From: Nemertoderma westbladi | Taxonomy: Eukaryota > Animalia > Xenacoelomorpha | Length of the DNA: 64,000 nucleotides | NCBI GenBank assembly: GCA_032718475.1 | Contig: JAUCBJ010001498.1 | Location: 1-64,000, forward strand | Reading direction: 5' to 3' | Shown: piece by piece, positions 1 through 13,467 of the stretch | How positions within the stretch are numbered: position 1 is the first letter of the stretch | Layout of the letters: each line of letters begins with the position of its first letter | Notes under the pieces: generated by a model | What the model saw: the letters and a program-made list of their open reading frames with translations, nothing else | Databases searched by the model: none | Told to the model about the DNA's origin: nothing | Translations under genes and position numbers: made by a program

Positions 1-3000
1 GGCTTAGCCTATAGGTTACAATGTGGGGCTTAGCCTATAGGTTACAATGTGGGGTTTAGCCTATAGGTTACAATGTGGGTTACAATGTGGGGCTTAGCGT
101 ATAGGTTACAATGTGGGGCTTAGCCTATAGGTCACAATGTGGGGCTTAGCCTATAGGTTACAATGTGGGGCTTAGCCTATAGGTTACAATGTGGGGCTTA
201 GCCTATAGGTTACAATGTGGGGTTTAGCCTATAGGTTACAATGTGGGGCTTAGTCTCTATAGGTTACAATGTGGGGCTTAGCCTATAGGTTACAATGTGG
301 GGCTTAGCCTATAGGTTACAATGTGGGGCTTAGCCTATAGGTTACAATGTGGGGCTTAGCCTATAGGTTACAATGTGGGGCTTAGCCTATAAGTTACAAT
401 GTGGGGCTTAGCCTATAGGATACAATGTGGGGCTTAGCCTATAGGTTACAATGTGGGGCTTAGCCTATAGGTTACAATGTGGGGCTTAGCCTATAGGTTA
501 CAATGTGGGGCTTAGCCTATAGGTTACAATGTGGGGCTTAGCCTATAGGTTACAATGTGGGGCTTAGCCTATAGGTTACAATGTGGGGTTTAGCCTATAG
601 GTTACAATGTGGGTTACAATGTGGGGCTTAGCGTATAGGTTACAATGTGGGGCTTAGCCTATAGGTTACAATGTGGGGCTTAGCCTATAGGTTACAATGT
701 GGGGCTTAGCCTATAGGTTACAATGTGGGGCTTACCCTATAGGTTACAATGTGGGGTTTAGCCTATAGGTTACAATGTGGGTTACAATGTGGGGCTTAGC
801 GTATAGGTTACAATGTGGGGCTTAGCCTATAGGTCACAATGTGGGGCTTAGCCTATAGGTTACAATGTGGGGCTTAGCCTATAGGTTACAATGTGGGGCT
901 TATCCTATAGGTTACAATGTGGGGCTTAGCCTATAGGTTACAATGTGGGGCTTAGCCTATAGGTTACAATGTGGGGCTTAGCCTATAGGTTACAATGTGG
1001 GGCTTACCCTATAGGTTACAATGTGGGGTTTAGCCTATAGGTTACAATGTGGGTTACAATGTGGGGCTTAGCGTATAGGTTACAATGTGGGGCTTAGCCT
1101 ATAGGTCACAATGTGGGGCTTAGCCTATAGGTTACAATGTGGGGCTTAGCCTATAGGTTACAATGTGGGGTTTAGCCTATAGGTTACAATGTGGGGCTTA
1201 GCCTATAGGTTACAATGTGGGGCTTAGCCTATAGGTTACAATGTGGGGCTTAGCCTATAGGTTACAATGTGGGGCTTAGCCTATAGGTTACAATGTGGGT
1301 TACAATGTGGGGCTTAGCCTATAGGTTACAATGTGGGGCTTAGCCTATAGGTTACAATGTGGGGCTTAGCCTATAGGTTACAATGTGGGGCTTAGCCTAT
1401 AGGTTACAATGTGGGGCTTAGCCTATAGGTTACAATGTGGGGCTTAGCCTATAGGTTACAATGTGGGTTACAATGTGGGGCTTAGCCTATAGGTTACAAT
1501 GTGGGGCTTAGCCTATAGGTTACAATGTGGGGCTTAGCCTATAGGTTACAATGTGGGGCTTAGCCTATAGGTTACAATGTGGGGCTTAGCCTATAGGTTA
1601 CAATGTGGGGCTTAGCCTATAGGTTACAATGTGGGGCTTAGCCTATAGGTTACAATGTGGGTCTTAGCCTATAGGTTACAATGTGGGGCTTAGCCTATAG
1701 GTTACAATGTGGGGCTTAGCCTATAGGTTACAATGTGGGGCTTAGCCTATAGGTTACAATGTGGGGTTTAGCCTATAGGTTACAATGTGGGTTACAATGT
1801 GGGGCTTAGCGTATAGGTTACAATGTGGGGCTTAGCCTATAGGTTACAATGTGGGGCTTAGCCTATAGGTTACAATGTGGGGCTTAGCCTATAGGTTACA
1901 ATGTGGGGCTTAGCCTATAGGTTACAATGTGGGGCTTAGCCTATAGGTTACAATGTGGGGCTTAGCCTATAGGTTACAATGTGGGGCTTAGCCTATAGGT
2001 TACAATGTGGGGCTTAGCCTATAGGTTACAATGTGGGGCTTAGCCTATAAGTTACAATGTGGGGCTTAGCCTATAGGTTACAATGTGGGGCTTAGCCTAT
2101 AGGTTACAATGTGGGGCTTAGCCTATAGGTTACAATGTGGGGCTTAGCCTATAGGTTACAATGTGGGGCTTAGCCTATAGGTTACAATGTGGGGCTTAGC
2201 CTATAGGTTACAATGTGGGGCTTAGCCTATAGGTTACAATGTGGGGTTTAGCCTATAGGTTACAATGTGGGTTACAATGTGGGGCTTAGCGTATAGGTTA
2301 CAATGTGGGGCTTAGCCTATAGGTTACAATGTGGGGCTTAGCCTATAGGTTACAATGTGGGGCTTAGCCTATAGGTTACAATGTGGGGCTTAGCCTATAG
2401 GTTACAATGTGGGGTTTAGCCTATAGGTTACAATGTGGGTTACAATGTGGGGCTTAGCGTATAGGTTACAATGTGGGGCTTAGCCTATAGGTCACAATGT
2501 GGGGCTTAGCCTATAGGTTACAATGTGGGGCTTAGCCTATAGGTTACAATGTGGGGCTTAGCCTATAGGTTACAATGTGGGGCTTAGCCTATAGGTTACA
2601 ATGTGGGGCTTAGCCTATAGGTTACAATGTGGGGCTTAGCCTATAGGTTACAATGTGGGGCTTAGCCTATAGGTTACAATGTGGGGTTTAGCCTATAGGT
2701 TACAATGTGGGTTACAATGTGGGGCTTAGCGTATAGGTTACAATGTGGGGCTTAGCCTATAGGTCACAATGTGGGGCTTAGCCTATAGGTTACAATGTGG
2801 GGCTTAGCCTATAGGTTACAATGTGGGGCTTAGCCTATAGGTTACAATGTGGGGCTTAGCCTATAGGTTACAATGTGGGGCTTAGCCTATAGGTTACAAT
2901 GTGGGGCTTAGCCTATAGGTTACAATGTGGGGCTTAGCCTATAGGTTACAATGTGGGTTACAATGTGGGGCTTAGCCTATAGGTTACAATGTGGGGCTTA

Positions 3001-6000
3001 GCCTATAGGTTACAATGTGGGGCTTAGCCTATAGGTTACAATGTGGGGCTTAGCCTATAGGTTACAATGTGGGGCTTAGCCTATAGGTTACAATGTGGGG
3101 CTTAGCCTATAGGTTACAATGTGGGTTACAATGTGGGGCTTAGCCTATAGGTTACAATGTGGGGCTTAGCCTATAGGTTACAATGTGGGGCTTAGCCTAT
3201 AGGTTACAATGTGGGGCTTAGCCTATAGGTTACAATGTGGGGCTTAGCCTATAGGTTACAATGTGGGGCTTAGCCTATAGGTTACAATGTGGGGCTTAGC
3301 CTATAGGTTACAATGTGGGGCTTAGCCTATAGGTTACAATGTGGGGCTTAGCCTATAGGTTACAATGTGGGGCTTAGCCTATAGGTTACAATGTGGGGCT
3401 TAGCCTATAGGTTACAATGTGGGGTTTAGCCTATAGGTTACAATGTGGGTTACAATGTGGGGCTTAGCCTATAGGTTACAATGTGGGGCTTAGCCTATAG
3501 GTTACAATGTGGGGCTTAGCCTATAGGTTACAATGTGGGGCTTAGCCTATAGGTTACAATGTGGGGCTTAGCCTATAGGTTACAATGTGGGGCTTAGCCT
3601 ATAGGTTACAATGTGGGGCTTAGCCTATAGGTTACAATGTGGGTTACAATGTGGGGCTTAGCCTATAGGTTACAATGTGGGGCTTAGCCTATAGGTTACA
3701 ATGTGGGGCTTAGCCTATAGGTTACAATGTGGGGCTTAGCCTATAGGTTACAATGTGGGGCTTAGCCTATAGGTTACAATGTGGGGCTTAGCCTATAGGT
3801 TACAATGTGGGGCTTAGCCTATAGGTTACAATGTGGGGTTTAGCCTATAGGTTACAATGTGGGTTACAATGTGGGGCTTAGCGTATAGGTTACAATGTGG
3901 GGCTTAGCCTATAGGTTACAATGTGGGGCTTAGCCTATAGGTTACAATGTGGGGCTTAGCCTATAGGTTACAATGTGGGGCTTAGCCTATAGGTTACAAT
4001 GTGGGGTTTAGCCTATAGGTTACAATGTGGGTTACAATGTGGGGCTTAGCCTATAGGTTACAATGTGGGGCTTAGCCTATAGGTTACAATGTGGGGCTTA
4101 GCCTATAGGTTACAATGTGGGGCTTAGCCTATAGGTTACAATGTGGGTTACAATGTGGGGCTTAGCCTATAGGTTACAATGTGGGGCTTAGCCTATAGGT
4201 TACAATGTGGGGCTTAGCCTATAGGTTACAATGTGGGGCTTAGCCTATAGGTTACAATGTGGGGCTTAGCCTATAGGTTACAATGTGGGGTTTAGCCTAT
4301 AGGTTACAATGTGGGTTACAATGTGGGGCTTAGCGTATAGGTTACAATGTGGGGCTTAGCCTATAGGTCACAATGTGGGGCTTAGCCTATAGGTTACAAT
4401 GTGGGGCTTAGCCTATAGGTTACAATGTGGGGCTTAGCCTATAGGTTACAATGTGGGGTTTAGCCTATAGGTTACAATGTGGGTTACAATGTGGGGCTTA
4501 GTCTCTATAGGTTACAATGTGGGGCTTAGCCTATAGGTTACAATGTGGGGCTTAGCCTATAGGTTACAATGTGGGGCTTAGCCTATAGGTTACAATGTGG
4601 GGCTTAGCCTATAGGTTACAATGTGGGGCTTAGCCTATAGGTTACAATGTGGGGCTTAGCCTATAGGTTACAATGTGGGGCTTAGCCTATAGGTTACAAT
4701 GTGGGGCTTAGCCTATAGGTTACAATGTGGGGCTTAGCCTATAGGTTACAATGTGGGGCTTAGCCTATAGGTTACAATGTGGGGCTTAGCCTATAGGTTA
4801 CAATGTGGGGCTTAGCCTATAGGTTACAATGTGGGGCTTAGCCTATAGGTTACAATGTGGGGCTTAGCCTATAGGTTACAATGTGGGGCTTAGCCTATAG
4901 GTTACAATGTGGGGCTTAGCCTATAGGTTACAATGTGGGGCTTAGCCTATAGGTTACAATGTGGGGCTTAGCCTATAGGTTACAATGTGGGGTTTAGCCT
5001 ATAGGTTACAATGTGGGTTACAATGTGGGGCTTAGTCTCTATAGGTTACAATGTGGGGCTTAGCCTATAGGTTACAATGTGGGGCTTAGCCTATAGGTTA
5101 CAATGTGGGGCTTAGCCTATAGGTTACAATGTGGGGCTTAGCCTATAGGTTACAATGTGGGTTACAATGTGGGGCTTAGTCTCTATAGGTTACAATGTGG
5201 GGCCTAGCCTATAGGTTACAATGTGGGGCTTAGCCTATAGGTTACAATGTGGGGCTTAGCCTATAGGTTACAATGTGGGGCTTAGCCTATAGGTTACAAT
5301 GTGGGGTTTAGCCTATAGGTTACAATGGGGGGCTTAGCCTATAGGTTACAATGGGGGGCTTAGCCTATAGGTTACAATGTGGGGCTTAGCCTATAGGTTA
5401 CAATGTGGGTTACAATGTGGGGCTTAGCGTATAGGTTACAATGGGGGGCTTAGCCTATAGGTTACAATGGGGGGCTTAGCCTATAGGTTACAATGTGGGG
5501 CTTAGCCTATAGGTTACAATGTGGGTTACAATGTGGGGCTTAGCCTATAGGTTACAATGGGGGGCTTAGCCTATAGGTTACAATGGGGGGCTTAGCCTAT
5601 AGGTTACAATGTGGGGCTTAGCCTATAGGTTACAATGTGGGTTACAATGTGGGGCTTAGCCTATAGGTTACAATGGGGGGCTTAGCCTATAGGTTACAAT
5701 GTGGGGCTTAGCCTATAGGTTACAATGGGGGGCTTAGCCTATAGGTTACAATGGGGGGCTTAGCCTATAGGTTACAATGTGGGGCTTAGCCTATAGGTTA
5801 CAATGGGGGGCTTAGCCTATAGGTTACAATGTGGGGCTTAGCCTATAGGTTACAATGTGGGACTTAGCCTATAGGTTACAATGTGGGGTTTAGCCTATAG
5901 GTTACAATGTGGGTCACAATGTGGGGCTTAGCCTATAGGTTACAATGGGGGGCTTAGCCTATAGGTTACAATGTGGGGCTTAGCGTATAGGTTACAATGT

Positions 6001-6250
6001 GGGGCTTAGCCTATAGGTTACAATGGGGGGCTTAGCCTATAGGTTACAATGTGGGGCTTAGCCTATAGGTTACAATGTGGGGCTTAGCCTATAGGTTACA
6101 ATGTGGGGCTTAGCCTATAGGTTACAATGTGGGGCTTAGCCTATAGGTTACAATGTGGGGCTTAGCCTATAGGTTACAATGTGGGGCTTAGCCTATAGGT
6201 TACAATGTGGGGCTTAGCCTATAGGTTACAATGTGGGGCTTAGCCTAAGC
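1..6250. repeat. Minisatellite A, 26-bp unit GGCTTAGCCTATAGGTTACAATGTGG (roughly 240 copies, runs off the window start), with interspersed 12-bp truncated units GTTACAATGTGG
   Basis: Directly visible, highly homogeneous tandem array. Recurrent variants include gggttt, gcgtat, gtctct and atgggggg. It ends at ...ggcttagcctaagc. Confidence 0.98.
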
Positions 6251-7078
6251 AAAAAAACTTAATGAGATTAAATGTTATGGCACTAAGACGGTTTTCAGAC
6301 TATTCCACATTGGTGGATGAGTTGTCACCTTGTGGCTAGTTTCCGAAACAATCTACAAACTAATGTAACTTCCATTATAACTTCCATTTACGACATAAAA
6401 TCTTACAAAACGAAAAAAGTCACCGAAAAGAATTCGCAACACCAACACCACAGAAAACGAAATATGAAAGTAAAAAGGCAAAGGAGGTGAAATTTACAAT
6501 ATAACATCCCTGAAAGTGAACTATCGGGTACTTGTGCAGACTGTACCGGTGCAGGCATCTGGAAACGCAGCGATCTGCAATAACGTAGGACTGGATGGGT
6601 AACATTTGATAATATTTTTATGTTCAAACGTTTTCTAATTTGATTCTCTATCAATTCAGTATAAAATTTAAAAATTCTACCAACAAACAACAAAATGTCT
6701 GCAGTTCGCATATCGGAAATAGTTTTGTAGTGTTATACAATTTTGGAATCAAACTACATTGGGTATACACCGGTACTTACTGAATAGTTTTTTATTTTTC
6801 ACTCACTCGCTACGCTTGTTCATCAAGTAATCAACCAGAAGGGTCAGCATCCTGAAAAGTTATTTACAAAGAAGAATGTAAATACTGTAATTATTATAAA
6901 TTTTCATTTTATTTTTATAATTATGATGTTTAATTTCTTATGGTAGTTAGTCATATGTGGTCACATGAATAGTTATAAACTTGGACAACATACACTAAAT
7001 TGAACATCACTGTATATTTTACACACGCGGAAGCATTTTTTACGTAAATTTCGCACTTTCAAGACTTCATGGTTGTAA

Positions 7079-7411
7079 TCAAACATGTATCTTTGGGAAA
7101 GACGCCTTATTTCTAGTAGAACTACGGGTACTCGTAGCTGACGCTTGGTTGTTAACCATGTCCGATCCCTCTTCAGTCTCTTCTATGGCGCTCTTCACGT
7201 GTATGGAAGTTCCACTGGATACTTGGCTTGGCGGCCCATAATTTTTCCGCGAGGTTTGATTTTTACCCCCGAACCCCACAGACTCTCTCCTTGCTGCCAT
7301 TGATCCTTCTTTTTTATTTTCCATGGCGCCTTTTACTTGTATTGATGTACTACTGGACACTTGGCTGGGGGGTAAAGGAGTTCTTCGTCTTAGCCAAGGA
7401 TGATGCGAAGC
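7079..7411 (-). CDS. DYRK2: DYRK2-like kinase, last coding exon (ASHHPWLRRR...FPKIHV*)
   Basis: Acceptor tttacag|GCT at 7412/7411, phase 0. The HPW end-of-kinase motif continues the previous exon; 333 nt to the stop. Confidence 0.85.
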   Translation of the reverse strand, partial: ASHHPWLRRRTPLPPSQVSSSTSIQVKGAMENKKEGSMAARRESVGFGGKNQTSRKNYGPPSQVSSGTSIHVKSAIEETEEGSDMVNNQASATSTRSSTRNKASFPKIHV

Positions 7412-7983
7412 CTGTAAAGTAAGAAGTTAGATAAAGAGTTTGTATTGTTGGCTAGACATACTGTATGTCTAAGTGACCAATTAGACATTCAGTAACCTCA
7501 TACAGAAAGTAAGGAGTTAGTGGTTAGCGTAGCGCGTAGGAAAACACGCACATCCGTTGATTCGAAGTCAAACTTTAATATTTACCAGAATTAATGTACA
7601 ACAACCTAGTATTTTGCAACCCCTTCCTAGAATAGTGAAGTTTTTCCTCTTTTTAATTTATTGTTAAATGGAAAACTATGTTGGAAAAATACAATTAGAT
7701 ATTCCTTGGAAATTAAGAAGTAGGTTGGCGGAAAGTACCGTCATATCTAATTTCTGTTTAGAATTGCAAATTATCAGGTAGTGAGCATTCGTTTTAGTAG
7801 TAAGAGAATGGATATGGGGCTCGGGAATTAGAATGCCAATCACGAATTAATCCAAGTAATATTACAGTTGGCCACAACCAAATATTACCATATTTAGATC
7901 GCAGCTCCAGTAGTAGAAGACCGATATACTCCTACTTACAACGAACATATTGAAAGCCCCCTGTTACATACGGTATTGCCCAC

Positions 7984-8197
7984 CTGAATAGCGTTGATTC
8001 TCTCTGATGGCTCCCAACGGAGGCATTTCTGTAGGAAATCTAGGAAGTTTGGATCCACCGTGGATCCCATCATGGCCCCGTTCCAGTCACGTGACCCGGG
8101 GACACCCCGCACTCTGCCCTTCTTCGATCTGCCAGGTTTCAGTACCGGCACGCCGTTCTCAATAATTACTTGGCAATATCGCGGATATCCTTTGGAG
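7984..8197 (-). CDS. DYRK2: DYRK2-like exon (SSKGYPRYC...GRSKKGRVRGVPGS...FLDFLQKCLRWEPSERINAIQ)
   Basis: ttcag| acceptor and CAG|GTGGGC donor. Encodes the class II DYRK CMGC insert (SKGYPRYC, GRSxxGxxRGxPGS) and subdomain XI. Confidence 0.92.
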
Positions 8198-8533
8198 CTG
8201 AATTAAATGCAAATTACTAGACTTTATATAAGAACCAATTCTGAAAAATTACCTTAATTTTACATAAATTTCGAATAAGCATTGCTAGAAACTTATTCTG
8301 GCGTTCATTTCCGTGATTGTGGGTATATTGTATTTTAATGAAGAAAAGTACACTTTCCTTCATTATTATTTTAATAAAGCGATTTTGCAGCGTAAAGACC
8401 TTCCACATGATACCTACAAATCTGCCAACTCGTGTAAATTCAGACAGAAAAGTTGTTTTGTTCAATTAAAGATATGGTCACAATCCGTTTAAATTGGAAT
8501 TTAAATAAGGCATTGTATTTTCTCAGTTCTCAC

Positions 8534-8651
8534 CTTATAAATGTACTTTTCCTTTTGCACGTATCCAATAAGGACTGCGGTGGCATTCCCAACAACTCCA
8601 TAGTGCAAGCCAGCTGATCGGCCTCGTCTTCACCAGCTAACAGAGGATGTC
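8534..8651 (-). CDS. DYRK2: DYRK2-like exon ([25 protein letters not shown]...)
   Basis: Not in the ORF track; read by hand. Acceptor (C)23TCAAG|GA, donor AG|GTGAGA. Matches the DYRK subdomain X motif GxPLxxGEDExDQLACxxELLGMP; phases fit both neighbours. Confidence 0.92.
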
Positions 8652-8719
8652 CTTGAGGGGGGGGGGGGGGGGGGGGGGGTTAATAATGTAAATATTCAAC
8701 ATTGGATTATATTATTCAA

Positions 8720-11700
8720 CTCCGAGCAACCCATCCCAAACTCACCTGTGAGCAACCCATCCCACTCTCACCTGTGAGCAACCCATCCCACACTCACCTG
8801 TGAGCAACCCATCACTCACTCACCTGTGAGCAACCCATCCCACACTCACCTGTGAGCAACCCATCACTCACTCACCTGTGAGCAACCCATCCCACACTCA
8901 CCTGTGAGCAACCCATCCCACACTCACCTGTGAGCAACCCATCCCACACTCACCTGTGAGCAACCCATCACACACTCATCTGTGAGCAACCCATCACACT
9001 CTCATCTGTGATCAGCCCATCCCAAACTCACGTGAGCAACGGCATCCAACACTCACCTGTGAACAACCCATCCCAAACTCACCGGCGAGCAACCAACCCC
9101 AATCACCTGTGAGCAACCCACATCCCACTCTCACCTGTGAGCAACCCATCCCATACTCACCTGTGAGCAACCCATCACTCACTCACCTGTGAGCAACCCA
9201 TCCCACACTCACCTGTGAGCAACCCATCACTCACTCACCTGTGAGCAACCCATCCCACACTCACCTGTGAGCAACCCATCCCACACTCACCTGTGAGCAA
9301 CCCATCCCACACTCACCTGTGAGCAACCCATCACACACTCATCTGTGAGCAACCCATCACACTCTCATCTGTGATCAGCCCATCCCAAACTCACGTGAGC
9401 AACGGCATCCAACACTCACCTGTGAACAACCCATCCCAAACTCACCGGCGAGCAACCAACCCCAATCATCTGTGAGCAACCCATCCCACTCTCACCTGTG
9501 AGCAACCCATCCCACACTCACCTGTGAGCAACCCATCACTCACTCACCTGTGAGCAACCCATCCCACACTCACCTGTGAGCAACCCATCACTCACTCACC
9601 TGTGAGCAACCCATCCCACACTCACCTGTGAGCAACCCATCACTCACTCACCTGTGAGCAACCCATCCCACACTCACCTGTGAGCAACCCATCCCACACT
9701 CACCTGTGAGCAACCCATCACACACTCATCTGTGAGCAACCCATCACACTCTCATCTGTGATCAGCCCATCCCAAACTCACGTGAGCAACGGCATCCAAC
9801 ACTCACCTGTGAACAACCCATCCCAAACTCACCGGCGAGCAACCAACCCCAATCACCTGTGAGCAACCCATCCCACTCTCACCTGTGAGCAACCCATCCC
9901 AAACTCACCGGCGAGCAACCCATCACTCACTCACCTGTGAGCAACCCATCACTCACTCACCTGTGAGCAACCCATCCCACACTCACCTGTGAGCAACCCA
10001 TCACTCACTCACCTGTGAGCAACCCATCACTCACTCACCTGTGAGCAACCCATCCCTCACTCACCTGTGAGCAACCCATCACTCACTCACCTGTGAGCAA
10101 CCCATCCCACACTCACCTGTGAGCAACCCTTCCCACACTCACCTGTGAGCAACCCATCCCACACTCACCTGTGAGCAACCCATCACACATTCACCTGTGA
10201 GCAACCCATCACACAATCACCTGTGAGCAACCCATCCCAAACTCAACTGTGAGCAACCCATCCCACTCTCACCTGTGAGCAACCCATCCCACACTCACAT
10301 GTGAGCAACCCATCCCACACTCACCTGTGAGCAACCCATCCCACACTCACCTGTGAGCAACCCATCCCACACTCACCTGTGAGCAACCCATCCCACACTC
10401 ACCTGTGAGCAACCCATCCCACACTCACCTGTGAGCAACCCATCCCACATTCACCTGTTTGCAACCCATCACACACTCACCTGTGAGCAACCCATCACAC
10501 ACTCACCTGTGAGCAACCCATCACACACTCACCTGTGAGCAACCCATCCCACACTCACCTGTGAGCAACCCATCACTCACTCACCTGTGAGCAACCCATT
10601 CCACACTCACCTGTGAGCAACCCATCACTCACTCACCTGTGAGCAACCCATCACTCACTCACCTGTGAGCAACCCTTCCCACACTCACCTGTGAGCAACC
10701 CATCCCACACTCACCTGTGAGCAACCCATCACACACTCACCTGTGAGCAACCCACCACACTCACCTGTGAGCAACCCATCCCACACTCACCTGTGAGCAA
10801 CCCATCACTCACTCACCTGTGAGCAACCCATCCTACACTCACCTGTGAGCAACCCATCACTCACTCACCTGTGAGCAACCCATCCCACATTTACCTGTGA
10901 GCAACCCTTCCCACACTCACCTGTGAGCAACCCATCACACACTCACCGGTGAGCAACCCATCACACACTCACCTGTGAGCAACCCATCCCAAACTCAACT
11001 GTGAACAACCCATCCCACTCTCACCTGTGAGCAACCCATCCCACACTCACCTGTGAGCAACCCATCACTGACTCACCTGTGAGCAACCCATCCCACACTC
11101 ACCTGTGAGCAACCCATCCCACACTCACCTGTGAGCAACTCATCCCACACTCACCTGTGAGCAATCCATCCCACACTCACCTGTGAGCAACCCATCACAC
11201 ACTCACCTGTGAGCAACCCATCACACACTCACCTGTGAGCAACCCATCCCAAACTCACCGGCGAGCAACCCATCCCACACTCACCTGTGAGCAACCCATC
11301 CCACACTCACCTGTGAGCAACCCATCACACACTCACCTGTGAGCAACTCATCACACACTAACCTGTGAGCAACCCATCCCAAACTCACCGGCGAGCAACC
11401 CATCCCACACTCACCTGTGAGCAACCCATCACTCACTCACCTGTGAGCAACCCATCCCACACTCACCTGTGAGCAACCCATCACTTACTCACCTGTGAGC
11501 AACCCATCCCACACTCACCTGTGAGCAACCCATCCCACACTCACCTGTGAGCAACCCATCCCACACTCACCTGTGAGCAACCCATCACACACTCATCTGT
11601 GAGCAACCCATCACACTCTCATCTGTGATCAGCCCATCCCAAACTCACGTGAGCAACGGCATCCAACACTCACCTGTGAACAACCCATCCCAAACTCACC

Positions 11701-13305
11701 GGCGAGCAACCAACCCCAATCACCTGTGAGCAACCCATCCCACTCTCACCTGTGAGCAACCCATCCCACACTCACCTGTGAGCAACCCATCACTCACTCA
11801 CCTGTGAGCAACCCATCCCACACTCACCTGTGAGCAACCCATCACTCACTCACCTGTGAGCAACCCATCCCACACTCACCTGTGAGCAACCCATCCCACA
11901 CTCACCTGTGAGCAACCCATCACACACTCATCTGTGAGCAACCCATTACACTCTCATCTGTGATCAGCCCATCCCAAACTCACGTGAGCAACGGCATCCA
12001 ACACTCACCTGTGAACAACCCATCCCAAACTCACCGGCGAGCAACCAACCCCAATCACCTGTGAGCAACCCTTCCCACACTCACCTGTGAGCAACCCATC
12101 ACACACTCACCTGTGAGCAACCCATCCCAAACTCAACTGTGAACAACCCATCCCACTCTCACCTGTGAGCAACCCATCCCACACTCACCTGTGAGCAACC
12201 CATCACTCACTCACCTGTGAGCAACCCATCCCACACTCACCTGTGAGCAACCCATCCCACACTCACCTGTGAGCAACTCATCCCACACTCACCTGTGAGC
12301 AATCCATCCCACACTCACCTGTGAGCAACCCATCACACACTCACCTGTGAGCAACCCATCACACACTCACCTGTGAGCAACCCATCCCAAACTCACCGGC
12401 GAGCAACCCATCCCACACTCACCTGTGAGCAACCCATCCCACACTCACCTGTGAGCAACCCATCACACACTCACCTGTGAGCAACCCATCACACACTAAC
12501 CTGTGAGCAACCCATCCCAAACTCACCGGCGAGCAACCCATCCCACACTCAACTATGAGCAACCCATCCCACTCTCACCTGTGAGCAACCCATCCCACAC
12601 TCACCTGTGAGCAACCCATCACTCACTCACCTGTGAGCAACCCATCCCACACTCACCTGTGAGCAACCCATCACTCACTCACCAGTGAGCAACCCATCCC
12701 ACACTCACCTGTGAGCAACCCATCCCACACTCACCTGTGAGCAACCCATCCACACTCACCTGTGAGCAACCCATCACTCACTTACCTGTGAGCAACCCAT
12801 CCCGCACTCACCTGTGAGCAACCCATCACACACTAACCTGTGAGCAACTCATCCCACAGTCACATATGAGCAACCCATCACACACTCACCTGTGAGCAAC
12901 CCATCACACACTCACCCGTGAGCAACCCATCACACACTCACCTGTGAGCAACCCATCACACACTCACCTGTGAGCAATCCATCACAAACTCACCTGTGAG
13001 CAAACCATCCTACACTCACCTGTGAGCAACCCATCCCACTCTCACCTGTGAGCAATCCATCCCACACTCACCTGTGAGCAACCCATCACTCACTCACCTG
13101 TGAGCAACCCATCCCACACTTACCTGTGAGCAACCCATCCCACAGTCACCTGTGAGCAACCCATCACACACTCACCTGTGAGCAACCCATCACACACTCA
13201 CCTGTGAGCAACCCATCCCAAACTCACCGGCGAGCAACCCATCCCACACTCAACTGTGAGCAACCCATCCCACTCTCACCTGTGAGCAACCCATCCCACA
13301 CTCAC
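8720..13305. repeat. Minisatellite B, left part, 26-bp unit CTCACCTGTGAGCAACCCATCCCACA (gene sense: GTGAGTGTGGGATGGGTTGCTCACAG)
   Basis: Visible tandem array inside the DYRK intron 8652-28490. Confidence 0.97.
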
Positions 13306-13467
13306 AACTAACTGACACTCATTAACTCACTGTTAATTGCCTGACTGGCCCTACTGCCCTACTGCCCTTCTGTGACTGGCCCTACTGCCCTACTGCCCAC
13401 TGATGTAGTTTGCTCGGAATCCCAAACTTCCTTTTGCGCAAGGGAAAAAAAAAAAATCTCAGCAACG

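Noticed and set aside
1-6250. Telomeric repeat (TTAG/TAGG-like motifs)
   Set aside because: The 26-bp unit lacks tandem TTAGG or TTAGGG, and several similar arrays are clearly interstitial.
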